Source of the DNA: a virus
DNA length: 64,000 nucleotides
Virus record (IMG/VR): IMGVR_UViG_3300045241_000115
Coordinates: 9,960-73,959 of that record
Strand: one strand, 5' to 3'
Shown: positions 55,424 through 64,000 of the stretch, piece by piece
Layout of the letters: each line of letters opens with the position of its first letter
Position numbering within the stretch: the first letter of the stretch is position 1
Notes under the pieces: generated by a model
Seen by the model: the letters and a program-made list of their open reading frames with translations, nothing else
The model's database searches: none
Told to the model about the DNA's origin: nothing
Made by a program: the position numbers and the translations under genes

Positions 55424-55699
55424 ATGGCCGAATTGCGCATGAGTCCCGACAAGTACGAGATGGTCCGTGTCGTTGGAGACTGGATACGTGAAAAGGCGGA
55501 CGTCGAATATGCCACCTTCGACGGCCTCGACCGGTTGACGATCCCGGACCTCAAGCTGCTCTGCCTCGCTATCGGGTGCAAACTCGACCTGCACGAGGTG
55601 GCGCGGATGCGTGACTATTACCGGCGGCAATGGGAGTACCGCAACGGCAAGAAGGCAACGGTCGTCATCGATCTGAAGGCGATCACCGACGACACCTGA
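55424..55699 (+). CDS. hypothetical early protein
   Basis: Tightly packed behind the upstream gene. Confidence 0.6.
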   Translation: MAELRMSPDKYEMVRVVGDWIREKADVEYATFDGLDRLTIPDLKLLCLAIGCKLDLHEVARMRDYYRRQWEYRNGKKATVVIDLKAITDDT

Positions 55700-55777
55700 C
55701 CCGTGTGGATGCAGCGAGTTAGCTCGCTGCATTCATCTGGGCCAGACCCCAGAGCAACAGAAAGGAACACATGACAC

Positions 55778-56791
55778 ATGAGACAACCCGAATGGGTCCA
55801 ACGACCCGACGGCCGAGGTACGCGCCTCGAGCGTGAGGCAACTCGCGTCGAGGAATGGAGCCCGACCGTCACGCAGATGCGCGATGTCGTCCAGGCAGGG
55901 CGCGTCTGCGGACTCGACTTCTCGGAGATGCTGGACCTCATGCCGGAAGGCCACAACTATCTGGTCGGTCAGGCAGAGGTCGAGCGGGCCAGCGAGATAG
56001 CATTGGAGGCCGTCACCACCGGGCGTGTGATCGACTTCGGCTTCCTGCCGAATGCGGTCATCCGCTTCGGCGGCGAGCGCGGTGGGCCGCTCTGGAACAG
56101 GAGCGCGCTCGCCATGCCGTTCACCGACCCGTGGATCATCTATCACCGCTGGGAGGGACAGACCGGCATGTATCTGGTCAATCCCTCGTCGGACGGCAGG
56201 TCCTTTCAGATCGTGGAATTCCAACCAGCAAAGATCGATGGCGAGAACATGCTGTTGATCGGCGACCGCGGCGAATTCCACAAAACGCCCGATGGTTCCG
56301 ATCTGCCGGACAAGCGGTACAACGCCTGGATGATGCCGTCGGCGGCACGATTTGTCTCCGATGGGATTGCGCGCAATCGGATCAACAACGACGCGTCCTC
56401 GCCCGAGGGCGCGGCCGCCGGCAACGTCGGCGATCCGGTCATGATCGCGTTGCTGATCCTGAATACGCGCAACATCGACCGCGAGACGGTGAGCGCGCCG
56501 CCGAAACTGCAGGCGGCGCGTCGCAAGTCGGGCAAACCGCCGATCCCGAACTACGATCGGGTGAACTCGGCGCCTTACGTGACGGCCATCAACATCTCCG
56601 GTCCGCGTCGCGGACGCAGCGAGGACCTGGGCGGTACGCACCGTTCCCCAGTGCCTCACATCCGTCTCGGCCATCCCCGGACTTACCAGACGGGGCGCAG
56701 CATTTTCATCCGCGATACGCTGGTGGGAGTGCCGGACGAGCAGCGCGCGGCGTTCAAGAGCCAGCGCACTCATTACGAAGTGAAGCCCTAA
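55778..56791 (+). CDS. conserved phage protein with C-terminal SP..H.R.GH.R motif
   Basis: RRK.GKPP...GTH.SP.PH.R.GH.R. Confidence 0.7.
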   Translation: MRQPEWVQRPDGRGTRLEREATRVEEWSPTVTQMRDVVQAGRVCGLDFSEMLDLMPEGHNYLVGQAEVERASEIALEAVTTGRVIDFGFLPNAVIRFGGERGGPLWNRSALAMPFTDPWIIYHRWEGQTGMYLVNPSSDGRSFQIVEFQPAKIDGENMLLIGDRGEFHKTPDGSDLPDKRYNAWMMPSAARFVSDGIARNRINNDASSPEGAAAGNVGDPVMIALLILNTRNIDRETVSAPPKLQAARRKSGKPPIPNYDRVNSAPYVTAINISGPRRGRSEDLGGTHRSPVPHIRLGHPRTYQTGRSIFIRDTLVGVPDEQRAAFKSQRTHYEVKP

Positions 56792-56862
56792 CCGAAGCAC
56801 CGCGCGGTTCGCCGCCCGGTGTTTCGGCCAGCGCTTCGCTGGGCAACAGAAAGGAACACCAA

Positions 56863-57234
56863 ATGCCGAAAACCGACGCGACAACAGAGCGGGACGCGAT
56901 GGTGCAAGCCCTGCATGACAGCATGGCCTTGCGCAGTCCCGCCGAGTTCGTCGAAACGATGGAGTTACCCCACGATCTGTATGTCGCCATTGCCACCGGC
57001 CGTCCCGAGCTTATCACGCTCGCGACGGCACGGGACATGACGGCGGCGGAAGTCGCCGAGCTCTACGAGGTGATCGCGGTCCTGATCCGCACAAACTACG
57101 CGCTGCAGGTTCACGCTCGCGAGCTTGCGAAGATGGCGAGCGATTTCGGTCGTCAGATGCACGGTGCGGCGCGTCAGATCGCGGCGATCGAGCAGTTCGC
57201 CGACTTCCGGAAGTCAGACAATGACGACCGGTGA
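56863..57234 (+). CDS. hypothetical early protein
   Basis: Conserved leader and ATG. Confidence 0.65.
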   Translation: MPKTDATTERDAMVQALHDSMALRSPAEFVETMELPHDLYVAIATGRPELITLATARDMTAAEVAELYEVIAVLIRTNYALQVHARELAKMASDFGRQMHGAARQIAAIEQFADFRKSDNDDR

Positions 57235-57700
57235 GCTGCGCGCCAGTCTGCGCACGACGTCCGAGGGCTTTCGTCGCCTGGGGTCTTCCCCTGGCGGTTG
57301 GCTGCTCGCGGAACTCGTGCTGCAAGTCGGCGTCGACTATACCGCGCGGCCATTGCCGCGACGCTACATGCGCCGTGCGCCGAAGCAATGTTTTGCCAAT
57401 GCCGCCGCCCTGGTGCGACGCACGCGCGGATTGACTTACGTGGAAGGCTTCGTCCGCACGGCGCGCATCCCGTTTCCCGTGCACCATGCGTGGGCGGTCA
57501 ACACGGACGGCGAGGTCTACGATAACACGCTCGGCGATCCTGAGACCTGCGCCTATGTCGGGGTGCCGATCTCGCGGCACGATTATGCGGCGCAGACCAG
57601 TCCCGACAGCGCCAGCGTATTCCTCAATCACATCGGCATCCTGCGCGTGGACTACATCGTCTCGCGCTGTCCCGCCTTGCGGGAGATGATGCCTGCCTGA
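57221..57700 (+). CDS. transglutaminase/papain-like Cys-His-Asp protein
   Basis: KQCFANA...YVEG....HAW.....YD.T. Confidence 0.6.
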   Translation: MTTGELRASLRTTSEGFRRLGSSPGGWLLAELVLQVGVDYTARPLPRRYMRRAPKQCFANAAALVRRTRGLTYVEGFVRTARIPFPVHHAWAVNTDGEVYDNTLGDPETCAYVGVPISRHDYAAQTSPDSASVFLNHIGILRVDYIVSRCPALREMMPA

Positions 57701-57781
57701 TCAAGATGGAAGCACCGCGCCGCCCCTGGCGGTCCGGTGTTTCCACCCCGATCAGGGGACAACCAACAGAAAGGAACACCG

Positions 57782-58186
57782 ATGAACAGATACGTGGCGT
57801 TCTGCGCCATTTCAGTTCTTGCTGCGTGCACGATGGCACCGCCGCAGCAAAAATCTACAATCGCCGTCGACCGGTACGACGGCTCACCATGTTGGCCCAA
57901 CGACCAGCCGGATGCTGGACGGCCGCTGGAGCCGGGCGAATCGCAACTGCTGCACTTGTGCGGCTCGAACCCACGCCAGCAGGCGATCATGGACGCCGAG
58001 TATCACAAGGGCATGGCGGAGTCGGCGGCTTATACGCGTCAATGGCAGGCGCAGCATCCCGATGCTCGATCCTATGTCGGCATCAGCACAAGCGGGCGAC
58101 CGCTCGACTGCGTCGGATGGACCGAGGGAGGCGTATGGCAGTCTTCGTGCATGAGCCATCCCGGAGCCTGGCCGGGAGTTCGATGA
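57782..58186 (+). CDS. putative lipoprotein
   Basis: MNRYVAFCAISVLAAC lipobox. Confidence 0.6.
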   Translation: MNRYVAFCAISVLAACTMAPPQQKSTIAVDRYDGSPCWPNDQPDAGRPLEPGESQLLHLCGSNPRQQAIMDAEYHKGMAESAAYTRQWQAQHPDARSYVGISTSGRPLDCVGWTEGGVWQSSCMSHPGAWPGVR

Positions 58187-58449
58187 TGGACAAGACGAAG
58201 ACGCCGCCGCGCGGTGCGTTCGATTACCTGCTGCGCGACGTGGACAAGACGATCTGGCGCGATGCCGACCTGGGCGACGCGCCACCTGCGCCACCTGAAC
58301 GGGGTGGCGGCGGTCCGCGCGTACGCGTGGAGATCGAGATCGTGCAGCGCCCGCCCGCGCCTCGGCGTGAGTGGGCGATCAACAAAGTGCTGTTCTGGGT
58401 CGTCGCGATCATGCTGATCGCTGGCCTGCTGGGCAGTCTGCACGCCTGA
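58183..58449 (+). CDS. protein with C-terminal TM
   Basis: VLFWVVAIMLIAGLLG; ATGA overlap. Confidence 0.55.
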   Translation: MMDKTKTPPRGAFDYLLRDVDKTIWRDADLGDAPPAPPERGGGGPRVRVEIEIVQRPPAPRREWAINKVLFWVVAIMLIAGLLGSLHA

Positions 58450-58530
58450 CTCGCGAGGGATGCAGCGATACGCTCGCTGCATCTCCCTGGGCCAGACACG
58501 GAACCAGGGCAACAGAAAGGACGACACCAA

Positions 58531-59070
58531 ATGATGCACCGAGAAAGACTTGATCGGCAGATCGCAGTGCTGCGCGAGGTCGCGGCATCCGAGCGCGTAT
58601 TCGACATGCGCGCTTGGATAGAAAAGCCGCGCTCTCATGAAGGCGCTTGCGGCACGTCCGCTTGCGCGTTCGGCTACGGCGCGCTCGATCCGCAACTGCG
58701 GGCCGAGGGGCTGCGTATGGCGGTCGGCTTCACCAAGGAGGGCAACGACGAGAAGACCTGTGTCGATGTCGCCTCGAAAGCGGAATACAACGCGCTGGTG
58801 ATGACGCTGACGCTGGACGAGCTCAGCACGCTTTCCGCCTATCCGGAGTTCGGTGGGTTGTCAGGCTTCGAGGCGGCGGTGGAATTCTTCGGCATCACCG
58901 AGGACTCGGCGAGCTATCTGTTCGATCCCGACTTCTACCCCGATCGCTACGACATCACGCCCGAGGACGTGATCAAGCGCATTGAGAGTGTGATCGAGTT
59001 CGACGGCAGGATACCGCGCTCCTACGTCCACAACGAACAAGAGCCGGAGGACGACGAAGAGAATTCCTGA
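58531..59070 (+). CDS. hypothetical early protein (CGTSAC motif)
   Basis: FDM..W...CGTSACA.G...FFGI....YLF.P..Y. Confidence 0.7.
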   Translation: MMHRERLDRQIAVLREVAASERVFDMRAWIEKPRSHEGACGTSACAFGYGALDPQLRAEGLRMAVGFTKEGNDEKTCVDVASKAEYNALVMTLTLDELSTLSAYPEFGGLSGFEAAVEFFGITEDSASYLFDPDFYPDRYDITPEDVIKRIESVIEFDGRIPRSYVHNEQEPEDDEENS

Positions 59071-59150
59071 TCGAAGGGGCGCCGCATCCCACTTGGGGTG
59101 CGGCTGCCCTTTCGACCAGCAATTCGCTGGGAACAGAAAGGATCAACACC

Positions 59151-59783
59151 ATGAAGAAGCCCAACCGGGCAGTCCGCGAGGGGCGTTTCGACTGGCTGAA
59201 GCAGCACCGCTTCGATGTCGAGTTCGCCAAACGCATACTGCTCACGACCGGCGAATGCCGGCCGATGTTCGTCATCGTCGGCAAGGTCCGCTCGTCGGTC
59301 ATGCCGGCGCTGTGGAACAGCGACGACGAACGCGACACGATGTATCTGCTGATGACGTTGCTGGCAGCGGCGGACAATGCGGTCGGTCTCGTGTTCATCG
59401 CCGAGGCTTGGATGCGCGGCGTGCTGCAAGTACCGGGAGAGACCACAGCGCAGACGCGCGAGCGCGCTATGCAGGTGGCGCCACGTGACGCGGAAGACCG
59501 GATCGAGGTGATCCACGTCGTGTGCTGTTACCGCGACGATGCCGGCGAGAAGCAGACGTTGTATTCGATCCTCGAGATCGAGCGCGACGCGACCGGCAAA
59601 CCGACCGGGACACGTCCCCGCAACATCGAGGGAATCTCGATGGAGTCGCGGCTGATGACGTGCCTGCCGCCCAAGGAGTTCAGCGAGGACGAATGCGAAC
59701 TGGCGCGTCGGCTGGCGATGGACACCGCCGAGCGCGCCGGCATCAAGCTGAACCTCGTGCACCCTACTGTCGGACACGCCTGA
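59151..59783 (+). CDS. hypothetical early protein
   Basis: EAWM...P....DR.EV. Confidence 0.7.
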   Translation: MKKPNRAVREGRFDWLKQHRFDVEFAKRILLTTGECRPMFVIVGKVRSSVMPALWNSDDERDTMYLLMTLLAAADNAVGLVFIAEAWMRGVLQVPGETTAQTRERAMQVAPRDAEDRIEVIHVVCCYRDDAGEKQTLYSILEIERDATGKPTGTRPRNIEGISMESRLMTCLPPKEFSEDECELARRLAMDTAERAGIKLNLVHPTVGHA

Positions 59784-59870
59784 CCCGTACCAAGGCAGCA
59801 TGAGCGATCATGCTGTCCTGGCCTGGGTCAGATCATCGCGCCACCAGGGGCGCAACAGAAAGGAACACCA

Positions 59871-60557
59871 ATGACCAAAGCATATCTGATTGACTCGGCC
59901 GCGCGGGAAGTCCGTGAGGTCGAGCATCATCAGAACCAGAAGCCGACGCTGCAGGACCATCTCGGCGGCTACATCGAGGTCGCCTGGTCCTGGTCAACTG
60001 GCGAGGTCTGCTACGTGGACGAGGAAGGCCTGTTCAAGCCGCAGCGCGGCGGCTACTGGCTGGCAGGGCGTCCTGACCAGCCGATGGTCGGCAACGGCAT
60101 CGTCGTCGGCCGCGAGGTCGAGGACGACGCCGGCTTCCACACGGAGCCTCCGTCGTTCAGTCTCGATTTCCTGCGCGCTCAGGTCGTGTTCATCACGCGC
60201 GCGGACATCGATGCCTGGGCCAAGGGCAACCGCTCGCCCGGCGTGGCGTTCACCGGCTTCGATGCCGGCGGAGGGTTGGCGACGACCGAGGTCATAGCCA
60301 CGATGGGCGAGATTTACGGCGAGATGCCCTCGCCGTCTTATCCCGTGGTGGTCGACTCATTCGGCGCGCAGATCATCGGCGAGGCGACGACCGAACGGGA
60401 CGCGGCGTTGGTGCTGCGGACGTGGTACACGACGGAACGTCCCGGCTCTGGCGTGAAGATCGTCGGCGCCGAAGTCGGCAACGTGCTGATGGGCAAGAAT
60501 GATGCCCAGGGCACCTACGAGCAGGCGATCCAGGCGTGGATCGGGAGGGCGGCATGA
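59871..60557 (+). CDS. DUF3846-like protein
   Basis: LQ..LGGYIE.....YVDEEGL....VGN.IV.G. Confidence 0.7.
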   Translation: MTKAYLIDSAAREVREVEHHQNQKPTLQDHLGGYIEVAWSWSTGEVCYVDEEGLFKPQRGGYWLAGRPDQPMVGNGIVVGREVEDDAGFHTEPPSFSLDFLRAQVVFITRADIDAWAKGNRSPGVAFTGFDAGGGLATTEVIATMGEIYGEMPSPSYPVVVDSFGAQIIGEATTERDAALVLRTWYTTERPGSGVKIVGAEVGNVLMGKNDAQGTYEQAIQAWIGRAA

Positions 60558-60778
60558 GCGACGATCCGTTCCTGCCGCCGTCGGTTCCGCTGATGTCGGC
60601 AGTCAAGGCGCGCAACATCGCCCGTAGCTGTCAGGCCATGGCCAATCATCTCCGAGACCAAGGCGTCGAGTCCGGCACCGTCCGACTGCTCGAACAGCGC
60701 AGCGCATGGTGGATGGCCTATTCCATCGCTCTGTCGCAGATACCGCCGGGCAAGATCGACATGGGGGAGTCGCCGTAA
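60554..60778 (+). CDS. hypothetical protein
   Basis: ATGA overlap, GGAGG SD. Confidence 0.55.
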   Translation: MSDDPFLPPSVPLMSAVKARNIARSCQAMANHLRDQGVESGTVRLLEQRSAWWMAYSIALSQIPPGKIDMGESP

Positions 60779-61041
60779 TGGACCCCGATGCCTGCCTGCG
60801 GGCGTTGCTCGACGCGTTCCGCGACGGCGATCGCGAGGCTGCCTACCAGGGCCTCGAGGACTTGCTGGATTGGTGCTCCAAGGGCGGCTTCCTGCCGAAA
60901 GACCCGCGTCTCGACGTTGGTCTGGAAGCGGCCGCGGCGACGGCAGAGCATCTGCGCCTGACCGCGCAAGTGCTGATCAAAACGGCGGAGAACTACGAGC
61001 GCGCGGTCACGCGAGGAAAAGAACACACCAAACCAGGGTAG
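60778..61041 (+). CDS. conserved phage protein (MDPDA.L...L..W...GGF.P)
   Basis: TAATG coupling; motif. Confidence 0.65.
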   Translation: MDPDACLRALLDAFRDGDREAAYQGLEDLLDWCSKGGFLPKDPRLDVGLEAAAATAEHLRLTAQVLIKTAENYERAVTRGKEHTKPG

Positions 61042-61053
61042 CTTATGCAATGC

Positions 61054-61091
61054 AAAGGGCGCTGGCGGGAAACCGCTGGCGCCCTTTTTTT
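61054..61091 (+). terminator. intrinsic (probably bidirectional) terminator
   Basis: AAAGGGCGCTGGCGG-GAAA-CCGCTGGCGCCC-TTTTTTT between convergent operons. Confidence 0.85.
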
Positions 61092-61351
61092 GGGCCACGG
61101 GCGCGGCGATTCCCGGGCAGTCTAACTAGAACTATGGCTGATGACAGCCTGCATAGCAATACCTTGATTTTCGGCCTGCTTGCGGGAGTCGGTCCGCAGC
61201 ACTATCTTTCGCCCAGGAATGGCAGGCAAGACAGCAGGCCCCTCGTCCTATCGGGGAGTCGGTGCCCTCACCGGGTGAGTCATGTTGTTCCTTTCTGTTT
61301 GGAACGGCGGTGCTGGTCGGCGCCGCCGTTCCTGCGTACGGACGCCTGTGG

Positions 61352-61639
61352 TCATTCCCGCCGGTCGAAGAACTGCTCGATGATCTGCCGGACGTGCTTG
61401 TGGATGCTGTCGGCGACGAACAGCGCATCGCGCCGCGTCGTCATGCCGAGGCTATGCCGCGCGGTGAGTAACTCGATACCGACCTGACGCGCGACCGGGT
61501 CTTGCGTGTTCCGGTTCATCGCATCGGTCAGCGCCTCGAGCAGCGGCAGGTGTTCCTCCGCGAGGACGGCAGTCTTCGCCCGGCCGCCGCCATGCGTGGT
61601 GAACGTCTTGCCGAGACCGGTCTGGAAAAAGTCGCTCAT
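61352..61639 (-). CDS. hypothetical protein
   Basis: ATGA overlap, GGAGG SD. Confidence 0.6.
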   Translation of the reverse strand: MSDFFQTGLGKTFTTHGGGRAKTAVLAEEHLPLLEALTDAMNRNTQDPVARQVGIELLTARHSLGMTTRRDALFVADSIHKHVRQIIEQFFDRRE

Positions 61640-62406
61640 GCGACCTCCAGCATCCTGCCCTTCGCCAGCGCCTCGTCGATCTCGGCGGCGTAGTGATCGG
61701 CGAGCACGTCGAGCGCCGCCAAGAGGCGGCCCATCTCCACCTTCGGATCACGCGGCGGGTCGTTCGCATGGCACCACGCCTGGACCGATCGATTGAACAG
61801 CACGATCTCGGTCACCAGGACGCGCGCAGGCGGCGCGAGCCGCAGGAGGGCGCGTCTGGCCTGCGCCAGCGCCCAGACCCGCTGTACGGCGCTGCCAGAC
61901 GGCCCAGCGACCGGGCCGAAACCGCTCCGACCGAGCGCCTCCATCGAACGCGCGCCTTTGCCGATCACCGCGATGTCCACCTGGGAGCGCAAAAGGTCGG
62001 CCGCGAGGACCTGCCGCTCGTCGATCTGGCTCCCCTTGTTCAGCATCATCCGGCGCAACGGGCAGTACGTCCGGTAGCCGGCGATCTCGCGCGGGGCGCG
62101 CGCATTGGGCCGCATGTCGTCGGGATCGCGCCATGCGCCGCGCATGACCGCGGTCGGGCCGGCGCCGATCACTTGGCGCACGCGGGCCGGGCCCTCGGGG
62201 TCGTGCGAGGCCATGCGCTGCCAGCCGTGCACGACGGCCCTGGGCGAGACGGTCTCGGGCGAGGCCTTTAGCAGGTCGAGTGAGAGCCGGCCGCCGCCGG
62301 CCATGCGGACGATGGCGACGATGCGCCACACCTCATCCTGCCCGCGACCGGCGAGGTAGTCGCCCGGGAAGGGTGCCGGGCCGTCCCAGGCGACGATCTG
62401 ACGCAT
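61636..62406 (-). CDS. putative late-gene regulator (DUF6456/Q-like)
   Basis: W.DPDD, I..RQ..AA..LR, C-terminal L..ALD.LA.HY; last large gene of the replication operon. Confidence 0.5.
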   Translation of the reverse strand: MRQIVAWDGPAPFPGDYLAGRGQDEVWRIVAIVRMAGGGRLSLDLLKASPETVSPRAVVHGWQRMASHDPEGPARVRQVIGAGPTAVMRGAWRDPDDMRPNARAPREIAGYRTYCPLRRMMLNKGSQIDERQVLAADLLRSQVDIAVIGKGARSMEALGRSGFGPVAGPSGSAVQRVWALAQARRALLRLAPPARVLVTEIVLFNRSVQAWCHANDPPRDPKVEMGRLLAALDVLADHYAAEIDEALAKGRMLEVA

Positions 62407-62636
62407 CAGGGGAGTCTCCATTCGTGGTGCGGGCAGAAATCGCGGTCGGCGCCCATCGGAATTGCACAACGGTCGCAGAGAGGCGCGTCACAGGTCCCGA
62501 CGAGCAGCGGATAGTCGCAGAGCTTGGTGGACCGGGCGCCGCACTTGCATGGCTTGGAACGCGGTCGAGGGCCGCTGCCGCAGACGATCGCCGTCGTGCC
62601 GTCGTCCAGCCTGATCCACTCTGACCAGCGCGGCAT
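62406..62636 (-). CDS. Cys-rich Zn-finger protein
   Basis: CKCG....LCDYP...TCD.PLC..C....D.CP.H. Confidence 0.7.
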   Translation of the reverse strand: MPRWSEWIRLDDGTTAIVCGSGPRPRSKPCKCGARSTKLCDYPLLVGTCDAPLCDRCAIPMGADRDFCPHHEWRLP

Positions 62637-62637
62637 T

Positions 62638-62886
62638 TCAGGCGCTCCCGCCGACGACGGGATATCGCGCATCGGCGATGATCTGCGCGGCGCGGCGGTT
62701 GCGGATGATGCCGACGCAGCACGGGCAGGAGACGATCGCCGGGCGGTTGCCGGTGGGCACGACGATCCAGGTGTTCTCGTAGCCCTCGGGGATTTCGTCG
62801 GCCTCGCAGGCATCGCGCGCGCGGCACACCAGCACGCCATCAACGCGCTCGTTGCCGCGCCATAGCGGGAACTCGTTATGCGGCAT
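62638..62886 (-). CDS. small Cys-containing protein
   Basis: C...SCPCC; GGAG SD. Confidence 0.5.
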   Translation of the reverse strand: MPHNEFPLWRGNERVDGVLVCRARDACEADEIPEGYENTWIVVPTGNRPAIVSCPCCVGIIRNRRAAQIIADARYPVVGGSA

Positions 62887-63799
62887 GTTCGGTCTCCTCC
62901 TCGATGTCCCAGGGCGCGCGCCATTTGGCGAACTCGATGATCTCGGCCTCGGTCGGCTTACGGGGTTCCGGCGGCGGCTCGGGCTCGGTGAATACCTCGA
63001 CCGGCTCGGCCTGCGGATCGGTCGCGAGCTGCGCGACGTTGAGTTTCTGGCAGAGCGCCGCGATACCATACGCGCGGCCCGGCACGCGCGGATCGGATCG
63101 CAGGCTGGCGAGCAGAGACAGGTCGTCGGCTCGCGAGCGCTCGATCGGCTTCGGCGGCGTCTCTACCGCGTCCTGCTGGTCCTCGACCGTATGCGCCTTA
63201 CGATACAACGGCCCGGCACGCATCGCCGCGATCGCCTCGGCGACGACCGCCGACGCTCGCGCCTTCTCTGCCTCGGTCCGCTCGCGGCCGCGTTCTGACG
63301 CGTCCTCGAGCCAGCCCCGATGCAGAGCGATCCGTTCGGCCTCGGCGTCGGTGCGACAGATGTGGGCAAAGACGCGCGGGGAATATTGGCGATGGGAAGA
63401 CAACGACTGCGCCATGCGGTTGTGGAAGTCAGCGAGATTGATGTGGGTGAAGCCCTCGGCGCGGTGTTTGAGCCAGACGGAGAGCTTGATCTGATCCTCC
63501 CGCGTCAGGGTGGAGTCCTCGCTACCCGGCCAATCAGTCGCCGGGCTGGGCCCGGTCTTGCGGTCCTTCCACCATGCAGCGAGGCGGTCGGCGATGACGA
63601 TGCCTGCGGGGAACTCGTCCAGGCCGTTCTTGATCGCGTTGGCGGACTCGAACGTGAAGGCCTCCGCTGGATACAGCACGCGCAGCGAGCGGGCGGTCAG
63701 TTGGATGCGCGCCGCGAGTTCCTTTGCCGGCAACGACGGCTTGAAACTCGACGCAATGTCCGTCAACCAGGTCGTGACGACGATCTGCTTAGTCGGCAT
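62876..63799 (-). CDS. hypothetical protein, possibly replication-associated
   Basis: AGGAG SD; position in the replication operon. Confidence 0.5.
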   Translation of the reverse strand: MPTKQIVVTTWLTDIASSFKPSLPAKELAARIQLTARSLRVLYPAEAFTFESANAIKNGLDEFPAGIVIADRLAAWWKDRKTGPSPATDWPGSEDSTLTREDQIKLSVWLKHRAEGFTHINLADFHNRMAQSLSSHRQYSPRVFAHICRTDAEAERIALHRGWLEDASERGRERTEAEKARASAVVAEAIAAMRAGPLYRKAHTVEDQQDAVETPPKPIERSRADDLSLLASLRSDPRVPGRAYGIAALCQKLNVAQLATDPQAEPVEVFTEPEPPPEPRKPTEAEIIEFAKWRAPWDIEEETEHAA

Positions 63800-64000
63800 T
63801 GGCGGTCTCCTGGCGCTTGAAAGCCTCTCGAAGCAGTTGCTGGGATGATTTCCATCCAGGCAATTTCCACGGGCCGTTGTGCAGCCATGTGCGTGGATGC
63901 TGGCGGAAGTCGCCCTTCGCTGGATCGTGCTTGGCGAATTGACCGTCGTCGTCGTCTATCGCATCGACCAGAGCGTCGATGATGTCGTTGTAGTCGTCGA

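Larger units (their letters stand above)
52580..59831 (+). repeat. 11 dispersed copies of a roughly 50-nt hairpin element: 52580-52629, 53088-53137, 54170-54220, 54652-54701, 55060-55109, 55696-55745, 56788-56831, 57697-57755, 58446-58495, 59067-59119, 59780-59831
   Basis: Consensus C-TRA-CCCG-N2-4-GATGCAGC-loop-GCTGCAT-N-CCTGGG-YYA-G (copies 7, 8 and 10 are divergent), each followed by the AACAGAARGGA leader. Confidence 0.9.

Noticed and set aside
52580-59831. The hairpins as intrinsic terminators or a CRISPR array
   Set aside because: No U-tracts follow; the intervening sequences are whole genes of variable length; no cas genes
61137-61150. CTGATGA as a fifth hammerhead core
   Set aside because: It lies inside the small hairpin GGCTG-ATGA-CAGCC with no correctly placed GAAA or stems
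1-64000. tRNA, rRNA, integrase or CI-type repressor genes
   Set aside because: None recognised by eye; the lysogeny and replication core probably lies outside the window

Overview
This window is most of a GC-rich tailed (contractile-tail, myovirus-type) phage or prophage genome, probably from an alphaproteobacterial host (inferred from GcrA-like, DUF3489-like, WGR and long ParB genes). 1-6.7 kb (+): recombination/partition and small accessory genes (ERF, MarR-like, ParB), a repeat-punctuated mini-cassette array, and a gene with an in-frame UGA followed by a SECIS-like hairpin. 6.8-50.1 kb (-): a complete packaging and morphogenesis operon: ParB-N, ABC-ATPase/GNAT, terminases, portal, MuF, DUF2213 protease fused to topoisomerase IB and an ADP-ribosyltransferase, scaffold, DUF2184 capsid, fibres, neck, sheath, lysis genes, tube, tape measure, baseplate and tail fibre. 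50.8-61.0 kb (+): a probable early operon of small genes divided into 15 units. Each unit starts with a structured RNA element followed by a shared AACAGAA(A/G)GGA leader. The first four elements are hammerhead ribozymes; the other eleven are a roughly 50-nt covarying hairpin family I cannot assign to any known class. 61.3-64 kb (-): replication/late-regulation genes. The strongest candidate for a new system is this RNA-segmented operon. All family assignments come from motif recognition by eye, not database searches.
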